From NCBI GenBank assembly GCA_963704755.1, contig OY969938.1, positions 420,001 to 452,000 on the forward strand: a stretch of 32,000 nucleotides of DNA, in the 5' to 3' direction. This DNA comes from an uncultured Chloroflexia bacterium (GTDB lineage: Bacteria > Chloroflexota > Anaerolineae > Anaerolineales > Anaerolineaceae). Positions 1 to 8,437 of this stretch are shown here, piece by piece. The translations under genes and the position numbers were made by a program. Positions within the stretch are counted from its first letter, which is position 1. Each line of letters opens with the position of its first letter. The notes beneath the pieces are model-generated. The model was not told where the DNA came from. It worked only from the letters and a program-made list of their open reading frames with translations, and did no database searches.

Positions 1-1400
1 GGATAGTCGGCGCTGGGATGAGACAATCCATTTGCTTGATCCTTCAAATTCGGAAGAATGTAACAGCACGTTAAAATCTCTTTTTGATTCGATAGACGTG
101 CAAATCGAATATCAAGGGGATTTAATATCCGTTAGCTTAAGCTTTGATGAAATTTCTCGATTTTATCCACAAGGTTACGAAGCTGTTTTGCATTACGCTA
201 GTCAAAAAGTTCCTGATTTTGATAGACGGCAGGAATTGGTAAGTACTCTTTTTGATAGGGTCTACTGGAAATTTGAAATTTTAGCTGGTATTGAAAGTTT
301 TCTATTAGCTCATTTTGAAGATGCTAACATAGAGATAGATGATGTACACATGGTAGAGCTTGCAAGAGGTACATTCGCTTATTTCCTGGCAGACCAAAAC
401 CAACGCACCGAAATCGAATCACTATTTTTAATGCTGGCTCATAATATTGAACAGAAAATTCCAGAACCCAGATTGAAAGTTTTATTTGGAAGGACATTAT
501 TAGGTGTTCATGATGCTCTTATCATTCAAAGCTGGCTTTTTGATAAAACAAATAATCTTCTGTCTGCTGATGGGGACCTTGAATTATTAAATACCTTGTG
601 GCCAATTTTATTGAATAATATTAAAACTGGTTCATTTCAAAAATGCAGCCAACGAGAATCTCTCTTGCTTATTGCAACTGAATGGATAAATGGAGATCCA
701 TTTGTTGAATTATTGAACACACTCCATTCTAATAACATCCAAATGGCATGGGGAAGGTTTTTTCGCAATTACGATATTGACCACGTGGTGGATATTTGCG
801 AGAATGGCCTTTCTTATGAGGGGGGGTTGATCGTTAGTGCCATAATAGATTTCTTATCGGACAATCAAGATGACCTCGGGATTGCAGTCCTCATAAATAA
901 CCTCCAAAACTTATTGAAACGATTGAAATATGGTTTGGAATCCCCACAAGCGATTGTGTTATATGAAATGGGCTTTTCTGATAGAGTTGTTTCCGGCCAA
1001 CTTGCCGGCATCCTTGAGGACCTCCCTGCTGATAAAGAAACAATTAGACTTGCCCTTCGTAGCCGACGAGAACAGGTTTTTCGAGTTTTGGATACATTCC
1101 CGCAATATTTTTCCGAAGTATATAGAGGAATTATTTAGAAATTCATGTCAAGACGATCAATCAATTAATTTTTTATAGCAAGAATGCTGTGATCCATTTT
1201 TGATTGCAAAATTCTTTTCTTATTATCCAATGTCTGAAATTCCCAATAATCTAATCGCCAAATTACAGAAATAAAATTTTTAATAATCATTGTCTCTGAT
1301 TGGAAAACTTATTCACACAATAAACCTTCAACAAGCTTGCGAATGCAAATTTAGGTGAGTTTTCCCCTCTTCCTGCGTTATTAATATAAACATCTCAACA
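1..1400. other. AT-rich segment 1: right-hand end of a foreign-looking island
   Basis: Base composition switches abruptly from AT-rich to GC-rich at about 1390-1420. There is about 280 nt of AT-rich non-coding DNA after the CDS. Confidence 0.55.
2..1138 (+). CDS. C-terminal ~379 aa of a larger protein that starts upstream of the window. Function unknown; possibly the accessory (ratchet-like) region of a Ski2/Hel308-type helicase.
   Basis: The frame is open from nt 2, with no stop before the TTG at 32 used by the ORF track, and ends at TAG 1136-1138. Codon usage is AT-rich, unlike the backbone. The segment SLLLIATEWINGDPFVELL resembles the L-x-x-W-I-x-E segment found after the helicase core in Hel308/Ski2 proteins. 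This is a weak by-eye match only. Confidence 0.5.
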   Translation, partial: DSRRWDETIHLLDPSNSEECNSTLKSLFDSIDVQIEYQGDLISVSLSFDEISRFYPQGYEAVLHYASQKVPDFDRRQELVSTLFDRVYWKFEILAGIESFLLAHFEDANIEIDDVHMVELARGTFAYFLADQNQRTEIESLFLMLAHNIEQKIPEPRLKVLFGRTLLGVHDALIIQSWLFDKTNNLLSADGDLELLNTLWPILLNNIKTGSFQKCSQRESLLLIATEWINGDPFVELLNTLHSNNIQMAWGRFFRNYDIDHVVDICENGLSYEGGLIVSAIIDFLSDNQDDLGIAVLINNLQNLLKRLKYGLESPQAIVLYEMGFSDRVVSGQLAGILEDLPADKETIRLALRSRREQVFRVLDTFPQYFSEVYRGII

Positions 1401-1414
1401 CATCGGAGAACCGC

Positions 1415-1613
1415 ATGGACAATGGCCGACCATGGGACCTGGCCAATGCTGAAACCTTCAGCCTGGTCTTTCAATGCCCCACCTACAGGTGTTCCGCTAC
1501 CTCTACGGGCTGGTAGCCTGTTTATCGATATCACCGTGGCCCAATTCCCCGGCGAAAACAAACCATACTTCACTCAAGCCGATCTGCTCGAGTTCGCCCA
1601 ATCTTTCCGGTAA
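1415..1613 (+). pseudogene. Possible small gene or gene remnant with an internal frameshift, sitting exactly at the island/backbone junction
   Basis: ATG 1415 gives MDNGRPWDLANAETFSLVF..., which stops after 33 codons. A second frame continues as ...PLPLRAGSLFIDITVAQFPGENKPYFTQADLLEFAQSFR* ending at 1613. Both pieces look protein-like and a strong terminator follows. No family recognised. Confidence 0.25.
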
Positions 1614-1665
1614 GTAAACAAGAACACGATGCCCGGCTTTTGCCGGGCATCGTGTTCTTGTTTAC
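1614..1665. terminator. Bidirectional intrinsic terminator: perfect 24-bp stem with TTTT loop
   Basis: gtaaacaagaacacgatgcccggc-tttt-gccgggcatcgtgttcttgtttac. It lies between convergent genes, the small + ORF ending at 1613 and the - strand lipoprotein ending at 1691. Confidence 0.75.
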
Positions 1666-1690
1666 GCAACTTCATCGCCAATGATAACCT

Positions 1691-2536
1691 TTATTTCCCC
1701 GTACCAATCCATTGAGCCGAATGGGTCACCTGGTCGATCAGGTCGGGCAGGTCGCACAGCGCCTGGGGCGCTGGATCCGGCGAACCGCTCAGGCAGCCGC
1801 CGTAGTTGCTGACGGTCTTGGTCTGCCCGTCCTGGGTGAAGGATGTGATCTGGGTGGGCAGGTCGGTCACCGGGGCTTTGTATTCGTCTTTCAGGTTGAA
1901 ATAATCCGCGGCCGTGAAGGCATCCACGAGCTGCTGCACCTGGGCGGTCGTGATGCTCCCGGTTTGCTCGCCGGTCACTTGCACGTTGGCGCTGCCGTTA
2001 TAAACCACCCGCCCGTCGGAATATACCGCCAGGGTATAAACCGGGCAAAAGCCAAAGCAGGCGGTCCGTTCCAGGGTAACCACGGGTTGATCGTCGTTCA
2101 TGGTAGTACCGGCTTTCAAATCAAAAGTGGTGCTTAACCCGTTGACGTTCACCGTATAGGTTCCATCTGCGAGGTGGGCAATGTTCAGGGGCAGTTCGAG
2201 GTGGAAGGCAATGGCTTCCTCGGTGCAGATTTGGCCGGCGGGGATGTTCGCGCCCAGGCTGACGGTGAAGGTCGTCCCCTCCAGGCCGGTGTCGATCCGG
2301 TCGAGCTGTGCGCAGGCCGAGGGGTAAGTCCCATCGATGATCAAATTGGCGCTGGCCGGATTGCTCACCTCCACGCTCACCTGGTCGATGGCTGCGGGCT
2401 GAAAGGTCGTCTGGGCGGCAGCCGGCTGGCCGGTTGACGTGGGCTGCTGGCCTTCTGCGTTCACATTCGTCATCGCCGAACAGGCGCTCAAGATCAACGC
2501 TGCGCAAAGGAACACCGGCGCAATGATTTTCTTCAT
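1691..2536 (-). CDS. Putative lipoprotein with a C-terminal CFGFCPVY-motif domain (I tentatively recall this as DUF6438-like)
   Basis: Signal peptide plus lipobox MKKIIAPVFLCAALILSAC. GGAG RBS about 8 nt upstream. GC-rich codon usage. Motif LERTACFGFCPVYTL. Confidence 0.8.
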   Translation of the reverse strand: MKKIIAPVFLCAALILSACSAMTNVNAEGQQPTSTGQPAAAQTTFQPAAIDQVSVEVSNPASANLIIDGTYPSACAQLDRIDTGLEGTTFTVSLGANIPAGQICTEEAIAFHLELPLNIAHLADGTYTVNVNGLSTTFDLKAGTTMNDDQPVVTLERTACFGFCPVYTLAVYSDGRVVYNGSANVQVTGEQTGSITTAQVQQLVDAFTAADYFNLKDEYKAPVTDLPTQITSFTQDGQTKTVSNYGGCLSGSPDPAPQALCDLPDLIDQVTHSAQWIGTGK

Positions 2537-2676
2537 TAAAACACTCCAAGGGATAAAATTTCTCTACGAGATCCAACGAGTAAGGTTGATATCGTTGATT
2601 TCTTTGCGAAGAGGTATCCCCAAGACGCCATTACTCTGAAAAAAGTTCCGGATCGCTGTTTGCAGGGGCCCGCCAT

Positions 2677-3387
2677 TCACCACAGGTAAGGCACAAGCCG
2701 GTAATGGACCTTGCGGGTGTACGCTTCGTACCCCGCCAGGCCCTTCTTTAAAATAGCTTCCTCGTCGAAAATCATCCAGACCATGGCCGGTATCACGAGC
2801 GCGGAAATGATCAGCGCCCACCAGGAGCCCAGCGCCAGGGGTATCCCCAGGATCAGGGCCAGGTCGCCCACGTAGTTGGGATGCCGCACCAGCGCATACG
2901 GCCCGGTCGTGACGACCTTTTGGCCCTCGTAGATGCGGATGGCTGCGCCGGCATAACTGTTTTCCTTTTTGCTGACCAGCCAGATGAGGGTAGCCAGGGC
3001 CACCAAGCCATCGCCGAGGATCGAAACGGACGCCGGCATGCGCGACCAGCCCCAGCGATGATCGAGCGCGGGCAGCACCAGCAGGCCAAGCTCGGCGATG
3101 TAGATATAGGTCATGTAGATTTTTTGCTGGTTGGAAAGCCGCCGCCCGCCCAGTTTGCGCCGTTCGATCAGCGCCGGGTCTTTGATCGAAAAATACACGC
3201 CGCTCGATGTCACCAGGACCATAAAGACCGCGATGAAAACCCAGGCCTGCCAGTAGTCGAGCGTCCAGGCCGGCAGAAAGAGCACGGCTCCCAGCGCGAT
3301 CACGCCCAGAATGAAATTCTTTAAAGTTGGAAGAATGAGACTCTTCGAGGCTTCGTTTTTATCCGAGATTGTGGTTTGTTTATTCAT
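2677..3387 (-). CDS. Isoprenylcysteine carboxyl methyltransferase (ICMT)/phospholipid methyltransferase family membrane protein
   Basis: Multi-pass membrane protein with VRHPNYVGDLALILGIPLALGSWWAL (RHPNY motif). I place the start at ATG 3387 (MNKQTT...), which has an AGGAAG RBS, rather than the longer ORF start at 3462. Confidence 0.8.
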   Translation of the reverse strand: MNKQTTISDKNEASKSLILPTLKNFILGVIALGAVLFLPAWTLDYWQAWVFIAVFMVLVTSSGVYFSIKDPALIERRKLGGRRLSNQQKIYMTYIYIAELGLLVLPALDHRWGWSRMPASVSILGDGLVALATLIWLVSKKENSYAGAAIRIYEGQKVVTTGPYALVRHPNYVGDLALILGIPLALGSWWALIISALVIPAMVWMIFDEEAILKKGLAGYEAYTRKVHYRLVPYLW

Positions 3388-3502
3388 GGAATGACTTCCT
3401 AATTGCTCGAACCGGTGCAAGACAGCCTGAAGAGAGGGCGTTTGCCGGGAGTTCCCCGCCAAACGCCTTACACTCAGGACTATCCCGTACCCGTTTGATC
3501 GC

Positions 3503-6154
3503 TTACAAAATTTCGACGAAGCCTTTGGTCCCGTTGACGCGGATCATTTGCCCGTCTTTGATCAAGCGGGTAGCGTTCTCGACGCTCACCACGGCCGGCA
3601 GGCCGTACTCCCGCGCCACCACCGCGCCGTGGGTCATCATCCCGCCCACTTCCGTGACCAGGCCTTTGATCGAGACGAAGACCGAGGTCCAACTGGGGTC
3701 GGTAAAGGTGGTCACCAGGATGTCGCCTTCCTCGAAGCTGGCCTGCTCCAGGCTCAAAACGACCCGCGCCCGCCCTTCGACCGTACCGGTTGAAGCCGCC
3801 ACGCCGCTCAAAGCGCCCTGGGGGATGTTGGCGGTATCGTATTCAGCGCTGATGATCTCACCGTCCGAGGTCATCACCCGCGGTGGTGTTAATTTCGCAA
3901 ATACTTCGAAATCCGCCTTGCGCTGCTCGATGAGGCCGGCATCGAACCGGCCGGTTTTTATCGCCTGGCGCAGCTCCTCAAAGCTGAGGTAATCGATATC
4001 CTCCGCCGCGCGGATCACCCCGCTTTGCACCAGGCGGGCAGCCTCTTTCTTCAGAGCCTGTTTGTACACGAAATAGCGCTGCATCATGGCGTACTTGGGG
4101 TATTCGCGGAAGCCGATGTAATGGCGAAAAACGCTGATCATCTTGCGGGCCGTTTTGGCCTTCTTTTTTCCGCCGGGCAACTGCTCCAACCTGCCGATCA
4201 GTTCCTGGGCCTTCTTCTCCAATTCGGCCCGTTTCTGGGCAACGATGGCTTGGTGCGCACCCGGCTCGAAATTCTTGATGTTGTTCAAAATCATGGGCGT
4301 GAGCAGGGTCGGCTTTTCAGCCCAACGCGTGCGGGTGATGTCGATCTCGCCCGGGCCGCGCACGCCGTATTTTTTAAGGTATTGCTGCAACGAGTCACTG
4401 ACGGCTGCCCCGCCCTCCAGCCCGGCCAGGCCGGTAAAGAAGGCATCGTCGCTGGCCTGGCCGAAATAATCGATCACCGCCGGGTACTGCCGGACCACGT
4501 CCGCCACGTCCAGCAGCGCCAGACCCATTTCGGTGGTCACGTTGTCGGTGGCCGCCTGGGCCAGGGTGTCGGTTACGTCCTCTTCAGCCAGCCATTTCTT
4601 CATATTATTTTTGAGCCAGGTATAAACGTAGTACTGAACCGTGCCGATCCCGTAGTTGCCCAAAACCAGCACCTTGAACATCTCATCCATATCGGCGAGG
4701 ATAAAATCGACCAGGTCCGCCCCGGTCACGCCGGCGATGCTTTGCTCCAGGTCCTGCACCCGGGCGTCGTTTTGGGTGATAATTCTTTTCATCAGGTCGG
4801 GATCGTCTTTGCGATAGATTTTAAACGCCTGGTACAACCCGGAAATCAAGTCACCCAGCGAACCGCCGTTGAGCCCGCCCGTGGACGCCTTGCCACGGTA
4901 TAGGGTTTTAAGATAATCTTTGCGGTTGAGCACGTTGTAAAGCGCTTTCTGGATGAGCGGATCGACTGAACCCAGGCCGCGGTCCAGAAATACCTTGCGA
5001 CCGGTCGGTGACGTCAGCTCCGCCGAAACGTCCATATAAGGCCGGCCGCCTGCCTCGATCAAAGGGTCTTTGCTGAGTTTGTTCAGCCAGATCGGGAATA
5101 AGGACAGGCCCAACGGTTTCCAGGCATCCGTCATCATCTGCTGGTGAGCAATCGACATATAGACGTGATTTTTATCATCGCTCACCTGCGTCAGCGGATA
5201 CAAAGTGGTAATGGGACGGCTTTGAACGATGTAGAACCGGCCGTTATCATTGCACCATTCGATATCTTGCGGGCGGCCAAAATAGGCCTCGATCGCCCGT
5301 CCGGTGCGCTCGAGCTGCAAAATCTGCTCATCCGTCAGGGTTTGGGCCTGCTGCCGATCCGGTTCGAGCGCCTGCTCGCGCGTGCCGCCTTCTTTGAGGG
5401 CGTAGATCGCCAGTTTCTTGGTCGAAACCTTCTTTTCAACAATCTGGCCGGCTTCCACTTTGTAGATATCCGCGTCCACCAGGCCGGAGACCAGCGCCTC
5501 ACCCAGTCCAAAGCTGGCATCGATGGAGACAACTCTCCGGTTGGAGGTGATCGGGTCGGCGGTAAACAGGATCCCGGCCGCCTGCGGGAAGACCATTCTC
5601 TGGATGACCACCGACAGGTGTACTTTGCGGTGGTCGAAGCCATTCTGCATACGGTAAATCACTGCCCGCTCGGTAAACAGCGAGGCCCAGCACTTGCGGA
5701 TATGCTGCAAAATAGCCGGCTTCCCGATCACATTCAAATAGGTATCCTGCTGGCCGGCGAAAGATGCCGTCGGCAGGTCCTCGGCGGTGGCGCTGGAGCG
5801 AACCGCGTAGGGCACATCCTCACCCAGCCCGGCCAGGTGGGCGGCGATCTCCGTTTCGATATCGCTCGAAACGGGCGCGTCCTCAATGGCTATGCGAATA
5901 TTCTTGCTAAGGGTGGCGATTCTTTCCCTATCCTCCAGCTTGAGCTGCGCCAGCTCATCCAGCAAGGCGTTCAGCTCCGCGTTTTGGCCGGTCACCTTTT
6001 TGTAAGCCCCGGTGGTGACACAAAAACCCGCCGGCACCTGGATGCCTTCGATCCGGGAAAGCTCTCCCAGGTTAGCGCCCTTACCCCCTACCAGCATCAA
6101 TTTTGTCCGATCGATTTCTTCAAAACCAAGCACAAACGTGCCCATTTTCATCAC
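3503..6154 (-). CDS. PEP-utilising enzyme of the PpsA family with rifampicin-phosphotransferase-like architecture
   Basis: 883 aa. N-terminal ATP-grasp region LVGGKGANLGELSRIEGIQVPAGFCVTT. C-terminal swivel phosphohistidine domain TDPSWTSVF...GGMMTHGAVVAREYGLPAVV. Length and domain order match Rph-type enzymes, but the substrate cannot be inferred from sequence alone. Confidence 0.85.
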   Translation of the reverse strand: MMKMGTFVLGFEEIDRTKLMLVGGKGANLGELSRIEGIQVPAGFCVTTGAYKKVTGQNAELNALLDELAQLKLEDRERIATLSKNIRIAIEDAPVSSDIETEIAAHLAGLGEDVPYAVRSSATAEDLPTASFAGQQDTYLNVIGKPAILQHIRKCWASLFTERAVIYRMQNGFDHRKVHLSVVIQRMVFPQAAGILFTADPITSNRRVVSIDASFGLGEALVSGLVDADIYKVEAGQIVEKKVSTKKLAIYALKEGGTREQALEPDRQQAQTLTDEQILQLERTGRAIEAYFGRPQDIEWCNDNGRFYIVQSRPITTLYPLTQVSDDKNHVYMSIAHQQMMTDAWKPLGLSLFPIWLNKLSKDPLIEAGGRPYMDVSAELTSPTGRKVFLDRGLGSVDPLIQKALYNVLNRKDYLKTLYRGKASTGGLNGGSLGDLISGLYQAFKIYRKDDPDLMKRIITQNDARVQDLEQSIAGVTGADLVDFILADMDEMFKVLVLGNYGIGTVQYYVYTWLKNNMKKWLAEEDVTDTLAQAATDNVTTEMGLALLDVADVVRQYPAVIDYFGQASDDAFFTGLAGLEGGAAVSDSLQQYLKKYGVRGPGEIDITRTRWAEKPTLLTPMILNNIKNFEPGAHQAIVAQKRAELEKKAQELIGRLEQLPGGKKKAKTARKMISVFRHYIGFREYPKYAMMQRYFVYKQALKKEAARLVQSGVIRAAEDIDYLSFEELRQAIKTGRFDAGLIEQRKADFEVFAKLTPPRVMTSDGEIISAEYDTANIPQGALSGVAASTGTVEGRARVVLSLEQASFEEGDILVTTFTDPSWTSVFVSIKGLVTEVGGMMTHGAVVAREYGLPAVVSVENATRLIKDGQMIRVNGTKGFVEIL

Positions 6155-6235
6155 TCCATTTACCTAATTCAATATTGTCTTACGAAACCGTCACATGCGA
6201 GGACAAGATCAAATTCCTCGGAAAAACTCGCCAAA

Positions 6236-6847
6236 CTAGCGATATAAAAGCCGGCGCAGCAATCGCAAATACGCCTCTTCCTCTTCCGCAATCTCGGCCG
6301 CATGCGCATTGTACATTTCGATATCATCGCCGTAGCGCAGTAAGCTTTCACTGTAACCATTCATCGTCCAGATGATCATGTTTTGCGCCTTTTCACTGTC
6401 GATGCCTTCCTTGAACAGCGCTGGGTCATTGTTCGATCGCTGGCAGATCAGCTCCATCAGCATGTGCGGCGAATCCGGCGAGACTCCCGGCAGTCCTTCC
6501 GGAAAAACGGCTTTTATAGCGGACTGCGCCCTGGCCAAAAACGCGAATTCGAGCGGATATTGCCGGGCCAGATCGGCCTCCACCCTGGATACAAAGCGGA
6601 TGTTCTCGAGGAAGTCACTCTCTCTCGAAATGACCTTCTCGATTTCGGTAATCAATGTTTCCAGAATGTATTTCAGCAGGAAGAAGAACAATCCGCGCTT
6701 GGATCCGAAGTAATGAAATAGCAGCCCCTTGGATATGCCGGCTTCCTTGACAATCAGGTCGGTATTGGCTTCAGCGTAGCCCTTGGAAAACTCGCCTAGT
6801 GCTGCACGAATGACTCGCGCCTGCTTATCTGCATCCATGCTGATCAC
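6236..6847 (-). CDS. TetR/AcrR family transcriptional regulator
   Basis: N-terminal HTH NTDLIVKEAGISKGLLFHYFGSKRGLF. Lies 81 nt upstream of the Rph-like gene on the same strand. The start is either GTG 6847 or ATG 6838. Confidence 0.85.
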   Translation of the reverse strand: MISMDADKQARVIRAALGEFSKGYAEANTDLIVKEAGISKGLLFHYFGSKRGLFFFLLKYILETLITEIEKVISRESDFLENIRFVSRVEADLARQYPLEFAFLARAQSAIKAVFPEGLPGVSPDSPHMLMELICQRSNNDPALFKEGIDSEKAQNMIIWTMNGYSESLLRYGDDIEMYNAHAAEIAEEEEAYLRLLRRLLYR

Positions 6848-6936
6848 AAATTTATGCTCATGGATGTCGTAATCTTTGACAAATTCGGTATCATCAAATT
6901 TTCTGGCCAGTTGCGCACCTCTTCACTCAGAACTTC

Positions 6937-6992
6937 ATTGACTACAAGTCAATCACGATCTATAGTATAACTCGTGTTGACTAAAAGTCAAT
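6937..6992. promoter_or_regulatory. Two 17-bp TetR-type operator palindromes embedded in overlapping divergent sigma70-like promoters
   Basis: ATTGACTacaAGTCAAT (6937-6953) and gTTGACTaaaAGTCAAT (6976-6992). Plus strand: -35 TTGACT 6938-6943, 17-bp spacer, -10 TATAGT 6961-6966. Minus strand: -35 TTGACT (6991-6986), 16-bp spacer, -10 TATACT (6969-6964). Confidence 0.65.
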
Positions 6993-7233
6993 AGGTTTTT
7001 GCTAAAATTTAATCCTCACGAACTCATTGCCGGAATACGGTAACCATCTTTCTTGACTTCGATAATAATTTAATTTATGATGATTTTCAGGGTGATGCAT
7101 TAAATTTTCCACATTGTTTTAGCGCTGTGACTCAGGGGATATTTGTTCTGAAAATGAGTTTGTTCTTCCCTGCTTCGGTAATTCTGCAAAATTCCTGAAA
7201 ACCAAATAATCTTCAAAGTTGAGGAGGGCAATT

Positions 7234-8247
7234 ATGAACAAGCAAGGTGGGTTTAGACCGGTTATTCATATTTTTCTGGTGGTTGCACTATTCCTCCTAT
7301 CTCTTTTCTATTTCGCTTTTCATGATAATCCGGCACCGGGCCTGGCAATGGCCGGCACGCAATCCAATACCCCCCCTTTCCAATCTCAATTCAGCCAGGT
7401 TATCCAGCCTCAGCAAAATACGACCGGTCCAAGGCCCTCACTTGAAGTCATCCAACACAACTCACTTAAAACTCCCGACAGCAGCGAAAATGTTCTAAGT
7501 GAGAGCGTTTTATCCGTTCCAGCTTATCTATGGCGGCACGGATGCGGACCGACGGCCGTGGGTATGGTGGTGGGCTATTACGACCTCAACGGTTTCCCCG
7601 ACCTGATCCCGGGTTCGGCCCAAACCCAGACCGATGAGGTAAACCAGGCCATTGCTTCTGGGGGCGATTATGGCGATCTGCGCCCCTCTGGCCAGGAGGG
7701 TAACTTTGAGGATTACGCAATGCCGATCGATAGCGATACCTCACAACCCATCCTTCAGGATAGTTACCTGACCGGTGGCCGCAGCGCTCATGAAGATAAC
7801 AGTATTGCAGACTTTATGAATACCTCTCGAAGTACGATATACAACCGGTATGGATGGAGTTGGTCGAGCGATATCGCTCCCGCATTTACAGATTTTGCCA
7901 GGCTGAGAAATCCAAGTTATCAAACTGCGACGAACATCTATCCCTGGCCCGCGTTAACCTGGTCCATTTTGACCTCCGAGATTGATAACGGGCGCCCCAT
8001 GGTGTTTTTGGTCGATTCCGATGGCGATGGGCAGACCGATCATTTTGTGACGGTGGTTGGCTACCGTACTTCGCCAACCTTACAATATGCTTCCTGGGAT
8101 ACCTGGGACGATACTTCGGTACGCTGGGAAAATTTTGCCGGGATGTCGTCAGGAACCTATTGGGGCATTTGGGGTGGCTGGACGTTCAGTATCGCTGATA
8201 CGAGCGACTATATATATTCCTATCTACCCCTCGTGATTAAATATTGA
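7234..8247 (+). CDS. Secreted or membrane-anchored papain-fold cysteine peptidase, C39-like family
   Basis: ATG 7234 preceded by GAGGAGGG. N-terminal hydrophobic anchor. Catalytic-Cys context WRHGCGPTAVGMVVGYYD and His context DHFVTVVGYR. Ends with the tail YLPLVIKY. Confidence 0.65.
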   Translation: MNKQGGFRPVIHIFLVVALFLLSLFYFAFHDNPAPGLAMAGTQSNTPPFQSQFSQVIQPQQNTTGPRPSLEVIQHNSLKTPDSSENVLSESVLSVPAYLWRHGCGPTAVGMVVGYYDLNGFPDLIPGSAQTQTDEVNQAIASGGDYGDLRPSGQEGNFEDYAMPIDSDTSQPILQDSYLTGGRSAHEDNSIADFMNTSRSTIYNRYGWSWSSDIAPAFTDFARLRNPSYQTATNIYPWPALTWSILTSEIDNGRPMVFLVDSDGDGQTDHFVTVVGYRTSPTLQYASWDTWDDTSVRWENFAGMSSGTYWGIWGGWTFSIADTSDYIYSYLPLVIKY

Positions 8248-8280
8248 TTTTTGGTTACTGCCAACCGGACCAGGAAGAAA

Positions 8281-8316
8281 CTCGAATTTGAGGTGTCACG
8301 ACACCTCAAATTCGAG
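8281..8316 (+). terminator. Hairpin terminator: perfect 16-bp stem with 4-nt loop
   Basis: ctcgaatttgaggtgt-cacg-acacctcaaattcgag, 34 nt after the peptidase stop codon. Its arm sequence is related to the hairpin at 23266-23312. Confidence 0.6.
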
Positions 8317-8437
8317 ACTTCTTAACTGGAGCCTGAGCCGTTTCGATTTTTGTACTTTATAATTTACTTATGCTCGCAAATAAAAACGGGGGTGCAACTT
8401 TGGCCAGTATGTCTATTTTCTAACAGGCTCATCTACC

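Noticed and set aside
3548-6247. Long ORFs antisense to or overlapping the Rph-like gene: 4025-4903 (+), 5144-6247 (+), 3369-3992 (+), and others.
   Set aside because: These are typical shadow ORFs of GC-rich coding DNA. Their Arg/Gly/Pro/His-rich translations match no recognisable motifs, and they lie entirely inside a strongly supported 883-aa gene on the other strand. The same applies to 14464-15441 (-), 16316-16981 (-), 19953-20621 (-), 2881-3324 (+) and similar ORFs.
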